The notes beneath the pieces are model-generated. The model saw only the letters and a program-made list of their open reading frames with translations. It did not search any database and had not been told where the DNA came from. A stretch of 62,793 nt of DNA, filler included, from Atractiella rhizophila (Eukaryota): NCBI GenBank assembly GCA_021432655.1. It is 3 parts of 3 records of this genome, joined end to end, with 100 filler letters (N's around TTAATTAATTAA, not from the genome) between each part and the next. Parts side by side here need not be neighbours in the genome. Positions count along the whole stretch, not along the records: positions 1 to 29,674 come from MU271718.1; 2 more parts are not named here. One strand, 5' to 3'. The position numbers and the translations under genes are program-made. The stretch's first letter is position 1. Each line of letters begins with the position of its first letter. Of this stretch, positions 1 through 12,761 are shown piece by piece.

Positions 1-39
1 CTAAGTTTTGGAAACAGTTCTAATCATGTTTTGTGACAG

Positions 40-3000
40 TGGAAAGAGCACTCAAGTTCCATCCTTTATCCTTGAATCAGACATGTATCTCGGCAAGCAC
101 GTCAAAATTTTATGTACGGAACCAAGAAGAATATCCGCAACCTCCCTAGCGCAGCGGGTCTCTAGAGAACTTGGAGACTCTCCTGGAGCGTGTGGCGGAA
201 GGACTTCGCTCGTTGGGTACTCGATCAGGCTGGAAGCAAGGACGTCTTCTAGTACCCGTTTAATTTATGCGACAACGGTTAGTCTGGAGCTGTCGAAATG
301 ATGGTCTGACTGAAGTTTGTTCCCTCAGGGTATTGTTCTTCGAATGCTGGAAAATGAAGCATCTACAGAAGACATTACACATATTATCATCGATGAAGTC
401 TGTGGCTTGTGTGACAATACTTCAATATGCTCAATTTCCAATAGGTTCACGAACGAAGCATTGAGAGCGATTTCCTGCTCATCATTCTCAAACAGTTGAT
501 GGAGGTCAGGAAGGACTTGAAGGTCATTCTTATGTCTGCCACTCTCGAAGCTGAGAAAATCTCGGAATACATGGGAGGATGCCCAATCATCAATGGTGTG
601 TGTTCCTTACTCTTTTACCTCAATGCGACTGAATCTCGCACCTCAAGTTCCTGGGAGAACATTTCCTGTCACTTCACACTATCTGGAAGATGTTGTGGAG
701 CTATGCCATTATCGCTTGACACCGAATTCTGACTCACCTTATCTCGCTCGAAACTTTAGGAGCAGTGCGTTTCCTTCTTTTTTTGAGGAGAATTTAAATA
801 GGCCTTGTAGAGAACTCATCGCGCCAATGGGAAGAAGAAGAAGCTGGCAATGACGAGGATGATAGGAAGGACGAGAAAGGACTGTCCCTGTCCAACACCT
901 ATTCTTCCTTCACTAAAACAACACTAAGCGTGATGGATCCTTATGTTATAAATTACGAACTGGTAAGCTAATTGAAAAGGCACTGTGAGGCTGAATAAGA
1001 TATTTGGACTAGATTATGTCCCTGTTGGAAACAATATGCATCACGAACCAGTTTTTCGTTTCCAACTACTCTAGAGCAATTCTCATCTTTATGCCGGTCC
1101 GTGTCCTCTATAGTGGCTATCCGTACTTATTCTCGTCGGCGTAGTCCTTAGAAAGTATCCGCCGCTTGACCGAAATGTTGGAAGCACACAAGTTGTTCGG
1201 CAGTAAAGCATTTGTAGTATTCCCGTTGCATTCGACGATCTCCAACGACAATCAAGGCTTGGTCTTCGAAGTTCCGAAGCCGGGTATAAGGTATGGACTC
1301 CCTCTAGAGTGGGCGGCAGTTCACTTTTTGGAAGGAAAATTGTCGTTTCAACCAACATCGCTGAGACAGGCATTACCATTCCAGATATCCAGTGCGTAAT
1401 TGACACTGGGAAACATCGTGAGATGAGGCAAGTAGTTGCAAATGTCAGATACCTCCACCATCTTGCTCAATGTGCCTTCAGGTTCGATGAGAAGAGGCAA
1501 ATCAGCCACTTAGTGGAGACTTTCATCGCTAAGAGCAACGTGGCTCAGCGTCGAGGGCGAGCTGGACGTGTGCAAGAAGGTATTGCATTCCATCTCTTCT
1601 CGAAGGAGCGCTACGAAAATATTGTACGTACCAAGTTCTGATCGTGTTCTTGACTGCTGACCATGCACATAGATGGATGAACATCCTCAGCCAGAGATGA
1701 TGCGATTGTCTCTTCAAGACCTTGCACTTCGTATTAAGATCCTTAAAATCGGTGAAGGAGGGATCGAAGACACTTTGGCCAAAGCTCTTGACCCGCCTAT
1801 TTCATTGAATGTCCAGCGAGCAATCGCTTCTCTCGTGGAGGTGTGTCTTGACTTTGTATGAATGTTCAAATCTGATTGTGCAACAGGTCAAAGCTCTCAC
1901 TCCCAACGAAGATATTACGCCGTTGGGTCGAGTAAGCAAAAATTGCTACATAAATTATTACTCAGTGAGATGCAGCACCTCGTCAAACTCCCACTTGATG
2001 TGCACCTGGCCAAATTCTTGATTTTCAGTTGCCTCTTCCAATGCCTCGACGCAGCCTTGACTATCGCTGTAGGTTCTGTCTTCTTTTCGCAGGCGTGGTA
2101 ACTCCTGACGGGTACTGAAAGGCTGTCCTCAACTCGAAATCTCCCTTCGTGACCCCATTTGGGAGAGAAAACGAGGCGGATACGGTGAAACGGTCCTTCA
2201 AAGTTGAAAATTCCGACTTTTTGGCTTTTTACAAAGCATACGTCATGTGGCGACAAGCATGTCAAAGCAACAGCTTCCGAGAGTTCTGCAGAAAGAACTT
2301 CCTCAGCCATCAAGTGCGTTAGGGATGTGGGTTGCCAAAGTCGTGCTGACGTTAACATGCAGAATCTAATTCAGATCGAAGAGCTTCGCGGTCAATACTT
2401 CAACTACCTTTGTGATGCCGGTTTTATTTCTATCAGCGATCATGAGCGCCGAGCCACGACTTCAATAAGATATGGTCGAGCTCGTTGTCGATTTACGAAA
2501 GTTCCAGCCGAATTAGACACATACTCTGCGGACCCAAAGGCTGTCATGTCCTGTTTGGCCGCATCGATGTATCCAAAACTCATTATGGTTGAACCTGGCA
2601 CCGGCGCGCTCAAAACTGTGTCGAATAACGCCCCGGTACAGATTCATCCCAGCTCAGTCAACTTCGAGAAGGGGAGGAAGGTCGATTTCGGACAAGGTGT
2701 TCGTTTCGTTACATTCTTTACGATTATGCGGTCTACAAAGCTCTGTCAGTTCATCACTGTTTGAGGTTACCTTTACTGAGCCTTCTGCAGATGTATGGGA
2801 ATCCGGTACTGTTGATGAGAGGGCAGTATATCTTTTGTGTGGAGATGCAGACATCAAAGTAGGCGCTTCTTCACCATTTCACCCAATCTTTTAACACGAC
2901 CTTTAGCTGCCAGCCTATTCGCTCACTTTGGATCGCAAGATTCGAACTCGCCTTTCTCCTTCAACTGCGATCTCGTTCAAATTCATGCGCAAAGGTTTCC

Positions 3001-3170
3001 AAAACGCATTCCAAGCAAAGATGTTGAAACCATGGGAACCACTTTCTCCTCAGCTCCAGACATGGTTCGATCTTGTCAAGCAGTCCGTTGTTGGGGAGTT
3101 GGAGGGAACGAAGGAAGAGGATCAGGCGCAAACGAAAGTCACAGTTTCGCTCGCCAAACAATCTTTCTGA
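40..3170 (+). CDS. DEAH-box RNA helicase, DHX29/DHX57-like (multi-exon, 5' end outside window)
   Basis: Exons carry SGKSTQVP (motif I), CTEPRRISA (Ia), IIIDEV|HERS (II, split by intron), LMSAT (III), STNIAETGITIPD (V), QRRGRAGRV (VI), then HA2-like PEMMRLSL...ITPLGR...LPLDVHLAK and OB-like VQIHPSSVN; stop at 3168-3170. Confidence 0.92.
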
Positions 3171-3352
3171 AACTTTGGAAGAGCTCCTTTGAAGGAAAAT
3201 TTCGTCAAGGAGAACGTAAACTACATCTGTATCCCTGCCTCTTTGCTCCAGCTTGCAGGCAGTCCTTCTGAAGTAATACAATTCACCTTTGTACCACGCC
3301 TCCCTCAAAGTGAAAATGAACCTTTTATCACGAAGAGATTAGGACCGGGTAC

Positions 3353-4700
3353 CTAGATTTTGAAACCCCATGCAAAATCGTACGGCCAATAGACGTGTCT
3401 ATGTGGTTCTTGCATTTCTTCCTTCGCCTTTCTGCATAATTCATCCACAAGCACAGGGTCGAGCCCCAACTCGTGTTTCATGCCAGCTGCGAATGAATCG
3501 AAGAGGAGAAGTGAGTTCCGGAGCTGCATCGCTCCAATCTCCTTCATTCGCTCGTCTGGAGTGGCATGGCATAGGCATTTCAGCATTCGTGCCCTGAACA
3601 CGAGAGTGGAACCCGCACCATAATCTACCCAAGGACCTATTGGGATGTCCTTTGTCATCCAATGGATGTCTCTAAATCCACCGACTTCCTCCAACATGCC
3701 TCGAATAAGCTTACCGATTCTCGCACTAGCTCCATGGGCCGGTAGCTGTTCCTTTGGCTTCTTCGCAACTGCACTCGTCCTCAAGTCATAGAATTCCCGC
3801 TTAGAAGGACACAAGGTTCCATTTGGTGAGCGATCTTCTGATAATTCGAGGAGGAGGAGAACACCGCCAGGTCTGAGCGCTTCCAGGCAGTATTTCATGA
3901 CCGTGGGTCGCTCTCGTAGCTGGATAACGGGCTCAGATAGCTGGGGATAATATAAAAGTGATAGAACAAACGCTGGGAAGGAACCGGATCTGTATAAAGT
4001 CGACGCTGGATGGTTCAAAAGGGAGACCGTCGCATACGTTCACTTTGTGCCATGTTGTATTCTCGGGGGCATTACTGCAGCAGATCAGTCTGACTCAAAA
4101 CAAACGAAGAAGAATAAGAGAGGCTCGCACGTCGGTTGAATGTCTGAAATGTCCAATCCGTGAACCTGGGCAGATGGAAATTCTCTCGCAACCTTGGGTT
4201 TAAATCGTCAGCAGGGATTTGTTTCTCTTAGCTTTTGATTGATACCTCTATCGCCCAGAGTCCAGTCCCGCAACCAACATCCACAATGACTTTTGGGTTC
4301 TTCATCGTTCCATCTGGATAATTCTTATCTGTCTCCTCGTCTCGTCAAGTTGTGAGTCTTGTACATGACAGATTCGTGTCACCTCCTAGTAGCATCTTGA
4401 TAAATTTATGTTGAATCTCAAGTCTGCCCACAGTTTCATCAGTAAAGGAGGCATGCAGAAGAGAGAAACCGCAACCCACCTTTCCTGCTCCTCTTCGTCA
4501 TTTGGTAAAATATATCCAACGTTTTTGAACTCATGGAACCGTCTTTGCTTTGCCTCACCGTTCTCAAGTGGAGCAATTCCATTGACATGGACCTCCTTCC
4601 CCGCTGACGCAGGAGATGTCGGAGTGGCAGGCGGAGTTGAATGAGGCGATGTTTTCGAAGCAGAGATAGAGAGACGCTTGAAAAACTTCTTCACCGTCAT
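3353..4700 (-). CDS. SAM-dependent methyltransferase, LaeA/TAM-like fungal family
   Basis: GYILPNDEEEQER in exon 1; VIVDVGCGTGLWAIE SAM-binding motif read on the minus strand at ~4245-4295; ALRPGGVLLLLE and IPIGPW motifs. Confidence 0.85.
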
Positions 4701-5120
4701 ATTGGCTATTCAAAACTTGTCCCGACTTGAGAATGGCAGCACAGCGCTTCTGGAGTACAGACTTTTTATCAGAGAAAGACAGAAAAGCTTCTGTCGGCCG
4801 AAGCGGTAGAAGTATGGCCCATGCTCTGGGTTTGGCAGTTTGGGTACATCGGCCGTTCCCCTCTTCTTGTTGAGCCTCCCCTCTGTCGGGAGGACCAGCT
4901 CGACAGGTTCAAGATGAATGGTAAAGGAGGCATGGGAGCTGTATGTGGCTTCGCGTGTCCCTACATCAAGATGCAGATTGGCTGAGGCAGCCCTGACAGC
5001 AAGGTACGATGAGTTGCGGGGAAACGACTCTATGAGCATTGCTTATCAAGACGAGGAACAAGGGGCATTTACTAGGGCTATTTCTGAGAGATTTTGCCAT
5101 CGGGGGCACAACAAGTCAAA

Positions 5121-7265
5121 TCTGGTCCTTTGCCAGTCATCCCAAATCCTCTCCAAGCCTCAGCAACTCTACACTGACAAAGAGCCTACAGCTTCTGCAC
5201 CCGGACGAGTTGAACACGGTGTGAAATAGAGGATTCAGCATGTTCTTGGAGGTATGACTGGGAGGGCAACGGCACGGCACAAACCAAAAACTACCTCAAT
5301 ACTGTAATTAAGCACGACGCGGATAATTTATCGATGATGTAGTAGTTAACGTTCAGCAGATCTCGCCAGATCGCCAGATTATGGGACATCCTCGCTATGG
5401 TACTCTGGACAAAATGTCACGATACCAATGTGTCAGAGATTTGGCAGTTCTCATCTCCTGGTCCTAGCCAGATGAAGATCTGGTCATTTTGTCTATGTTG
5501 AATGTTCGGAGGAGAAAAAAGGACGGGTCCCAGCCAAGTTGACATACCGAACGCACAACAGTATGCCCTGGAATTTGCTCCAAAGTAGAGACCAGACCGG
5601 ATGAGAGGACGGATGTCCAGCCTCATTCAGCTCTGCCCAACGAGGTCTTTCCCCAATGCCCAGCAGAAAACCAGAAAACGTCAATCCACAATCCATTTGT
5701 CCTCTTACAGTCTTCCCTCACGTGATTCAAGCATCGCTGTCGCATTTCTAATTTTGCCAGCGCGTACCTTTTGCCCTTGTTCCATTATCCCTTGTCCCTT
5801 CTCAGGTTGTATAATAAAACCTGCTACTGTCGCTGGATGTCCCCATAAAGTTCTTGTTTTATTTGGCGTGTGCGTTTACAGGTTTGCTCCTTTCGTCCTC
5901 CGTCAGATGGACCAACAGTTGAACCAAGACTGAGCTTAGAACAATGTCTCGAAAACGCTCATCAGTTGCGTCTATAGCACCAGTACGTTGTTTGATGCGC
6001 ACTACAACCAGCTTTGATCATTCTGTGAAGAGAGTGTCTTACGAAGGAAGGGGTCCTTCCGAAGTTCCTCTTCGTCGTTCATTGCAACACTCTGTGTCTC
6101 CAGCTCACGTTACCAGTCATACTGTCAGCAGCAAGCCAAAGTACACTGGTTCGGGCGGCGCGGACGATCCCATTGACCTCGAGTCTTCCTCTGGCACTTT
6201 GCCAGTCATCCCAAATCCTCTCCAAGCCTCAGCAACTCTACACTGACAAAGAGCCTGCAGCTTCTGCACCCGGACGTGTTGAACATGGCGTGAAATAGAG
6301 GATTCAGCCATGTTCTTGGAGGTATGCCTGGTAGGGCAACGGCACGGCATAAACCAAAAACTACCTCAATACTGTAATTAAGCACGACGCGGACGATTTA
6401 TCGATGATGTAGACGTAGTTAACGTTCCGTAGATCTCGCCAGATTATGGGACATCCTCGCTATGGTACTCTGGACAAAATGTCACGATACCAAGGCGTCA
6501 GAGATTTGGCAGTTCTCATCTGCTGGTCCTAGCCAGATGAAGATCTGGTTATTTTGTCTATGTTGAATGTTCGGAGGAGAAAAAAGGACGGGTCCCAGCC
6601 AAGTTGACATACCAAACGCACAACAATATGCCCTGGAATTTGCTCCAAAGTAGAGACCAGACCGGATGAGAGGACGGATGTCCAGCCTCATTCAGCTCTG
6701 CCCAACGAGCTCTTTCCCAAATGCCCAGCAGAAAACGTCAATCCATTTGTCCTCTTACACATTGGTGGAGTCTTCCCTCACGTGATTCAAGCCTCGTTGT
6801 CGCATTTCTAATTTTGCCGCGCGTACCTTTTGCCTTGTTCCATTCATCCCTTGTCCCTTCTCAGTTTGTATAATAAAAACTGGTGCTGTCATTGAGGTGC
6901 CTTCAACCAACCCCATAAAGGTCTTATTTTATTTGGCGTGTGCGTTTACAGGTTTGCTCCTTTCGTCCTCCGTCAGATGGACGAACAGTTGAACCAAGAC
7001 TGAGTTTAGAACAATGTCTCGAAAACGCTCATCAGTTGCGTCTATAGCACCAGTACGTCGTTTGATGCGCACTACAACCAGCTTTGATCATTCTGTGAAG
7101 AGATTGTCTTACGAAGGAAGGGGTCCTTCCGAAGTTCCTCTTCGTCGTTCATTGCAACACTCTGTGTCTGCAGCTCACGTTACCAGTCATACTGTCAGCA
7201 GCAAGCCAAAGTACACTGGTTCGGGCGGCGCGGACGATCCCATTGACCTCGAGTCTTCCTCTGGC
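5121..7265. repeat. Tandem segmental duplication, two ~1.07-kb diverged copies (about 5121-6190 and 6191-7265)
   Basis: tttgccagtcatcccaaatcctctccaagcc recurs at ~5129 and ~6198; ATGTCTCGAAAACGC at 5944 and 7014 (period 1070); copies differ by substitutions and small indels. Confidence 0.95.
5944..6246 (+). pseudogene. Truncated duplicate of the 5' end of the 7014 gene (first ~84 codons plus a tail read from the duplicated upstream DNA)
   Basis: Near-identical N-terminus MSRKRSSVAS...DPIDLESSSG, then runs across the duplication junction to a stop after 100 aa. Confidence 0.75.
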
Positions 7266-8798
7266 GGCTCAGAGGATGCACATTCACAACCGGATACCGA
7301 ACCGTCCAGCGCGAGTTCGACTGGAGCAGGAGCTGCTTCCTCTGTCGGCCCATCCCGTGTCAGATATTCGAGGACGAAGAGAGACGTCAGTCCTTACTTT
7401 CCACCCTTGCGCACCTCCCCTTCGCTCAATCGACTCGATTACTATCGAGGCGAAGAGCCAGTCTCTCCGGTTCTTGAGATGAGGAAATTGAGGAGAAACA
7501 CGAATGACAGGGAAAATCAGCAGAACATCGATGGTTATTGGAGCTCAAGAATGGATAGAGAGGTGGGGATCGACGACAAGTACCTCCGAACTCCACTTGC
7601 TTCCACAAAGAAAAAGAGGCTGCCTTCTCCAGAGGTATGGAAGCAAATGCGCGACGCATCTCCTGGCGTCTGGGACAGAGCGTTCCCCAAAGCCCCCTGC
7701 CATGCGATGGATGCACTAGGACATGGAAAGAAGAGGGTCTTACTCAAGCGTTGGATCTTTATGATGCATGAGCTTCCTATTGTTTTTTCCCTTTCGTTCG
7801 TCCTTTTCTGCTACATAAACGGACGTGTACGAGCTTATGACTGCGTGCAGGGTTGACAGAGCATCACTATATTCTGATGTCTTCCAGATTTACGATCTCA
7901 CCCTCTCCGCTTCACATTGCTCTTTGTCATGGATCCTCACTCGACGGAAGGGTATGCTTCTACCAGAGCTGGAGGAGCAAACCTATGACTGGGAAATTAT
8001 GTGCGTCTGCCCCACCATCTCTTGACTGGTACTGGTACTGAGCCGAATGTTGCGCAGCGTGATGAGCGACATTCATTCGCGCGGCCAAGACGAGAGAGTT
8101 GCACCGGATGAGGTATTAGAAGACCTGGACAGCGGCTGGAGGCTAAAAGTATACGTCACCTCACCTCAACAGAGAGCGAGACAGCGGATGCGTACGAATA
8201 CGGCGAGTTTGGCTACGCTGGCGATGGAAGTCGATCGGTTCCAGCTGCTGTGAGCTCATTCAGTCCCTTTCTCTGGGCTTTAAGGATTGACTCCTTCACA
8301 TGCACTAATAGACCTACACCAATGTTGGAAGATGGTAGAGCGCAAATGCTACGATCTCTTTCAACGAGTGATCTTCGTGCACCTGTACCTGTACCATCGC
8401 CATCCACCACTCCTCCCAAAGTCACACAGCTCTTCCCTTCTTCTCCGGCGCGCTTTACGCTCCCAACACCTCCTTCAACCTCCCCCCTTCCTAGTTTGAG
8501 AGACCAGATGGAATACGCGGCGCCGCACATCATGCACTCCGTTCTCGCTTCACGTCGCCTCTCCCGTCACGTATCGGCGGGTCAACGGTTAGAGTTGACT
8601 GAAGAGGAAAGGGAGGCCTTCGAGAAGGAACGGAAGAGTGTGAAAGAGTTTGCGCAGGAGAATCTCGTCGGATACCGAGCAAGAGCTGCAGCTGGAGGAT
8701 CGGGCGAAAAGGAGAGGTTGATACTGACTAGGGAGGACAAAGGCGCGGTTTGGAACTTTGTCTATGATCAGTTTCCAGACTGGATTCGCAGAAGGTGA
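7014..8798 (+). CDS. Hypothetical multi-exon protein, low-complexity Ser/Pro/Arg-rich N-terminus
   Basis: Consecutive + strand ORFs 7014-7856, 7825-8025, 8047-8253, 8250-8798 separated by intron-like segments (gtatgc, gtgagc); no recognised domain. Confidence 0.6.
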
Positions 8799-9110
8799 TC
8801 GTGAGCGTGTATTCTGTTTTGTGTGGTGTCATTCATATGCATTATGAAGTGTCGATGTAGATTATGGGTATGTTCAACTATGCAATCAGTTCATCTCGTT
8901 TTCGCTGCAAGTTCCTTTGTTCTGCTCATGACCTCGATGGAAAGCTATATTAGAGCGTGGCTGTAAGTGCAGAAGAAACAATAGTACGATGATGCAATCC
9001 AGGATGTAGAATACATATGTTGTATTGGAACGAAACGCACCTATATCTGCTACCATGCAGCACTGACAACTCAAAGACTGACAAACGACTGAACACCCCA
9101 CAGCCCAGTA

Positions 9111-10360
9111 TCACGAGGAAGACTTGAAAGCATTCTTAACTCCATTCCTCGCATCCGCAACCAACCCACCAATCCCCTGCAAAATCTCCGTCCCCACCTC
9201 CTGAACGACCTCAACCGGACTCGTTCTCTGCCCGCTCGTTTCCTTTCTCGGAGACGCACTCGTCGTCTGAATGACCGGTAGCTCCTCCTCTCCAGATGCC
9301 CTCGTCGTAGCAGAAGCGAGATTGAGAGCCGCAGGTCTCCGTCTCGAGGTCGGAGTCGCGATTGGGGAGGCGGCAGAAAGGTCAGAAATGCTGCTGCTGA
9401 CGCTCGCAGATCCACTCCCTCCTCCATTAAGCGGGATGTCCAAAGCGGGCAGCGAACCCATGCTCCTGCTCATTCGTAGCTGGCCAGAGCTCCCCGAACG
9501 TGGAATCTGTAGCGATCTCTCTCGCTCCCGCTGTCGCTGGCTTTCGACGCTTTGACGGAGAAGAGCTGCCTGTCTCTCTTCCTCAGTTTGGACAACGACG
9601 GCCACGCAGTCCCACATCCTTCTTCTCCACCGTAACATCTCTCTCTCTTCTTCCTCGCTGATCCGTCCGGGACTACGTCCAACCTCGAAATTCTCAAAGC
9701 GATCAAACTTCTCCCTCCAACCTGAACGGCTGGTTAAGCAACGATGATAATTTCGCCGCACAATAAAATGCTCACCTGGTTGCAACGCGACGATTCGTAC
9801 TGTTCGTGTAGGAGATGTGGAGTCATCCACTTCATCCGTCCTGGGATCTTGAGGCAGTCCAGTCCGCTGCATGTTCTCCCTCGTAGCAGATGGTGGAGGG
9901 GCGGAAATGTCGAATACGGTACGAGAGTTCGGAGTGACAGGTTGGAGCATTGCATGCTGTGGAATTGCAGGTGGGGCGGACGGTGTTATGTACTGAGGAC
10001 TGTAGTGAGGGGACTGGGGAGGTTGAGGAGATGGAGGTGAAGTTGGAGACGTGATCCCGAGACCAAAGCTAGCAGCAGTTGGGGAGCGGAAAGGGAAGAG
10101 GGGGAGAGCTCCGAGTCCGAATGGCAAGGAAAGCGTTGCAGGAGTTGGAGGTGTTGGTTGAGGAGGCGGACGACGGGACGGCACGCTTTCGAGGATGTAG
10201 TCGACTTGTTTCCAATGTGTAGACAACGGTGCAGGTTGAGCAGAAGTCGATCCTTCTTCTTCTTCAGCATCGTCATCGAAGAGGATGTCATCTTCCGTCT
10301 GATGTGGGTCGAATTCAAAGATGACATGTACAGTCTTCGTTTTATTATCGTATCTGAGTC
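9111..10360 (-). CDS. Hypothetical Pro/Ser-rich protein, large terminal exon (upstream exons uncertain)
   Basis: 371-aa open frame 9111-10226 that stays open upstream without an ATG, implying a spliced 5' part, possibly from 10630-11506. Confidence 0.55.
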
Positions 10361-11080
10361 GTGCCGGAGGATGTGGAGTGGTCAGACAGGTGTACTTATC
10401 GATCGGCCCAATGGGAGACGGATGTCGTATAGATAAACCAAAGTCTGGAATTCATGTGAGGACTGTATCCAAGGTAGGAAGATAACGAACCCGGCGTGGC
10501 ATCCACAGGTCTGCCAGCAGACGCAGAAGTCAAGTATCCAGACCAGTCAAGGAAAAAGATTTGATTATTTTTTGGATGGAGCAGCGACAGTTGAGGAGTG
10601 AGTTGGGGGCTATTCTTTTCTGTCAGCAAAATCAAATAGTCACTTGCTCAAGACTAACCGCTTTGAGGCGTTGAGAATTAACTGATATCTCCATTAGTAT
10701 TTCTGCGAGACACATTCGTCCCAAGCTCACCGGTGTTCCATCGTCAGTCTTGCAATCTTGAACTTCGAGTACGCGATCCGCAACTCGGTTTCTGTGAGAA
10801 ACATACACTAAGTCAGGGAGACGATCAAGGTAACTACTAATAGGCGGACGAACTGCCAGAGCAGCCAATTTCATTGCCGAAAGGCTGGAAAATCGATGAC
10901 ATCTTGGCGGGTTGAGATGCAACCTAGATTGCATTACCTGGTTCAGAACTTCGCTGAACATCCATACTTTGACGTATTTTTGCATCAGACCAATGTCAAC
11001 CGGCAAGTCCTTTGCTCAGGAGCTGTTGTAAGGAATATGACCAGTCATGTTTCTTAGATTGCTTGACGGTCGCTCTATCA

Positions 11081-11506
11081 CTACTGCAGGGGTCCCTTAC
11101 AATGCTCATGTTGTGGGTAACAGAGTTGCAAGTTGCAACAGAAACGATCTCTCAAAGCAACGCAAAGCCAGCACATCCACACTCCACCTCCTCTCCACTC
11201 CACGGAAATGACGTACCTAAGCACGAAACAGCCTTCAGGCCATCCCAGATGAGCGTAAACACTCCTCGTTGCTCCACCAAGCCCACCCAAACCTGCATTC
11301 CTCAGCGTTCCCCTCCTCCTAGGTCCCAGAGTCCCTCTTCTCCTCACCTCCGCTCCTCCTTGATTGCCAATGCCATTCGCAGTCCCAGCTGCAACGGCAT
11401 GCAGTCCCAGGAGCGGCGGATGAATGGGAGACGTGAGCGTCTCATGGTACGTTGGCAAGTCGCTATCGACCCGATCGAGGGGTGGATGCCTGCTCGGCGT
11501 TGTCAT
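11081..11506 (-). CDS. Possible first exon (MTTPSRHPPLDRVDSDLPTYHETL...) of a hypothetical gene
   Basis: ATG at 11506 after a pyrimidine-rich leader; LPTY motif; gtacgt donor-like site near 11216; may belong to the 9111-10360 gene. Confidence 0.35.
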   Translation of the reverse strand: MTTPSRHPPLDRVDSDLPTYHETLTSPIHPPLLGLHAVAAGTANGIGNQGGAEVRRRGTLGPRRRGTLRNAGLGGLGGATRSVYAHLGWPEGCFVLRYVISVEWRGGGVWMCWLCVALRDRFCCNLQLCYPQHEHCKGPLQ

Positions 11507-12104
11507 CGTAGTTCTGGTAGAGGAGTAGAAATGTTGGGTTGGAGATGGACGAGAAGCTGCAGGAAGGAGAAGGGATTGTAGCGCGCAGCAACAGTTCCTG
11601 CTGTCATATCGATGCACAGGCGTCCCGACCGGAAGTAGAAACAATGGTGAGCAACCAGGCCGGAAGAGTGCTGTTGGTACAGCAAGAATGCATCAGATAT
11701 GCATATCAGGAGGGACAATAAAGTCAAAGGACGAGAAATGGCATAGAGATTCTACAAAATCATTTGCATAATACGAAAATCTTTCAGTGATTGTTGACAG
11801 GTTCAACTTTACGTAATGACCTTGCCAAGTTTCTGTGCTTCACCCAGGCTTCATCAATGCCTCTGCTCTGCTAGACTAGCCTGACCTTGGTTATCGAAGC
11901 GTGCGTTACTGGCTTGAATTTCTTTTCTACCGACAGAAGCGACAGTTTGTGCAGGACAACGTCCAGTGCTTGGCTTTTGATATTTGGAAAGACAGTACTG
12001 AGCAAAAGGAGAGCCACGATTCATTGAAAGAAGCAGGGAAGAATGAGAAAGTGGTTTCACAATGTCGAGTAAAACCGAGGTCAGGGATTTTGGGAGGCAA
12101 AAAG

Positions 12105-12188
12105 CACCCCAACCAGGGATCGAACCTGGAATCTCCCGCTCACTATTCATATAGGAGGCGGACACGTTAACCATTGCGCTATTGGGGC
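12105..12188 (-). tRNA. tRNA-Arg(CCT) with an 11-nt intron
   Basis: Minus strand GCCCCAA-TA-GCGCAATGGTTAACGT-G-TCCGC-CT-CCT-A[tatgaatagtg]A-GCGGG-AGATT-CCAGG-TTCGATC-CCTGG-TTGGGGT-G; all four stems pair; intron after position 37; T5 run follows (Pol III terminator). Confidence 0.93.
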
Positions 12189-12761
12189 TACTTAGTGAAT
12201 AAATAGGTAAGCTTAATTTCATTCCAAACGTAGGCTACAGTTTTGAGAACAAACAATGAATAATGCATTTGATGGAACCATAGGAGGGGTCCCTCTTCCC
12301 ATGACAGCGTATCATGGAATACTAGGGAAGCGAACTTGAATAAGGGAAGGGGGATGAGGGTAATTCATAGTTCATGAATATCAGTTCATCCTCTTTTCGA
12401 CCAGAGCAAAATATCGCCCTTCGCTTTTCGAGCGACAAGCCAACCAGACAAGGGTAAAATGATAGTTCAATCACAACAAATCCCACCTTGCAAATTACAC
12501 TCACATCAAGTTTCCTCCTCCACTTCCCGAGGAATCGACGTCAATAAAAACTGGTATCTCAATAAGACAACTTTTGAGGGCTCATGGATCGCCAGTGGAA
12601 GGGACGTAAGGACAAGGACACAGTCAGCGGCTCTGTTCTTCACTTTCAATAAAATGGATTCAAGAAGCTGAAACTGTTCTTTCGCACTCCTCAAAGTAAA
12701 AAAGAAACAAGCAAAGAAAGAAGATGGATTCGAACGAAAAAAGATCGGACACAATGAGGAT

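Noticed and set aside
5417..6691. 69-aa antisense ORF present twice (5417-5626 and 6482-6691)
   Set aside because: Its recurrence is explained by the tandem duplication; there is no domain or independent coding signal.
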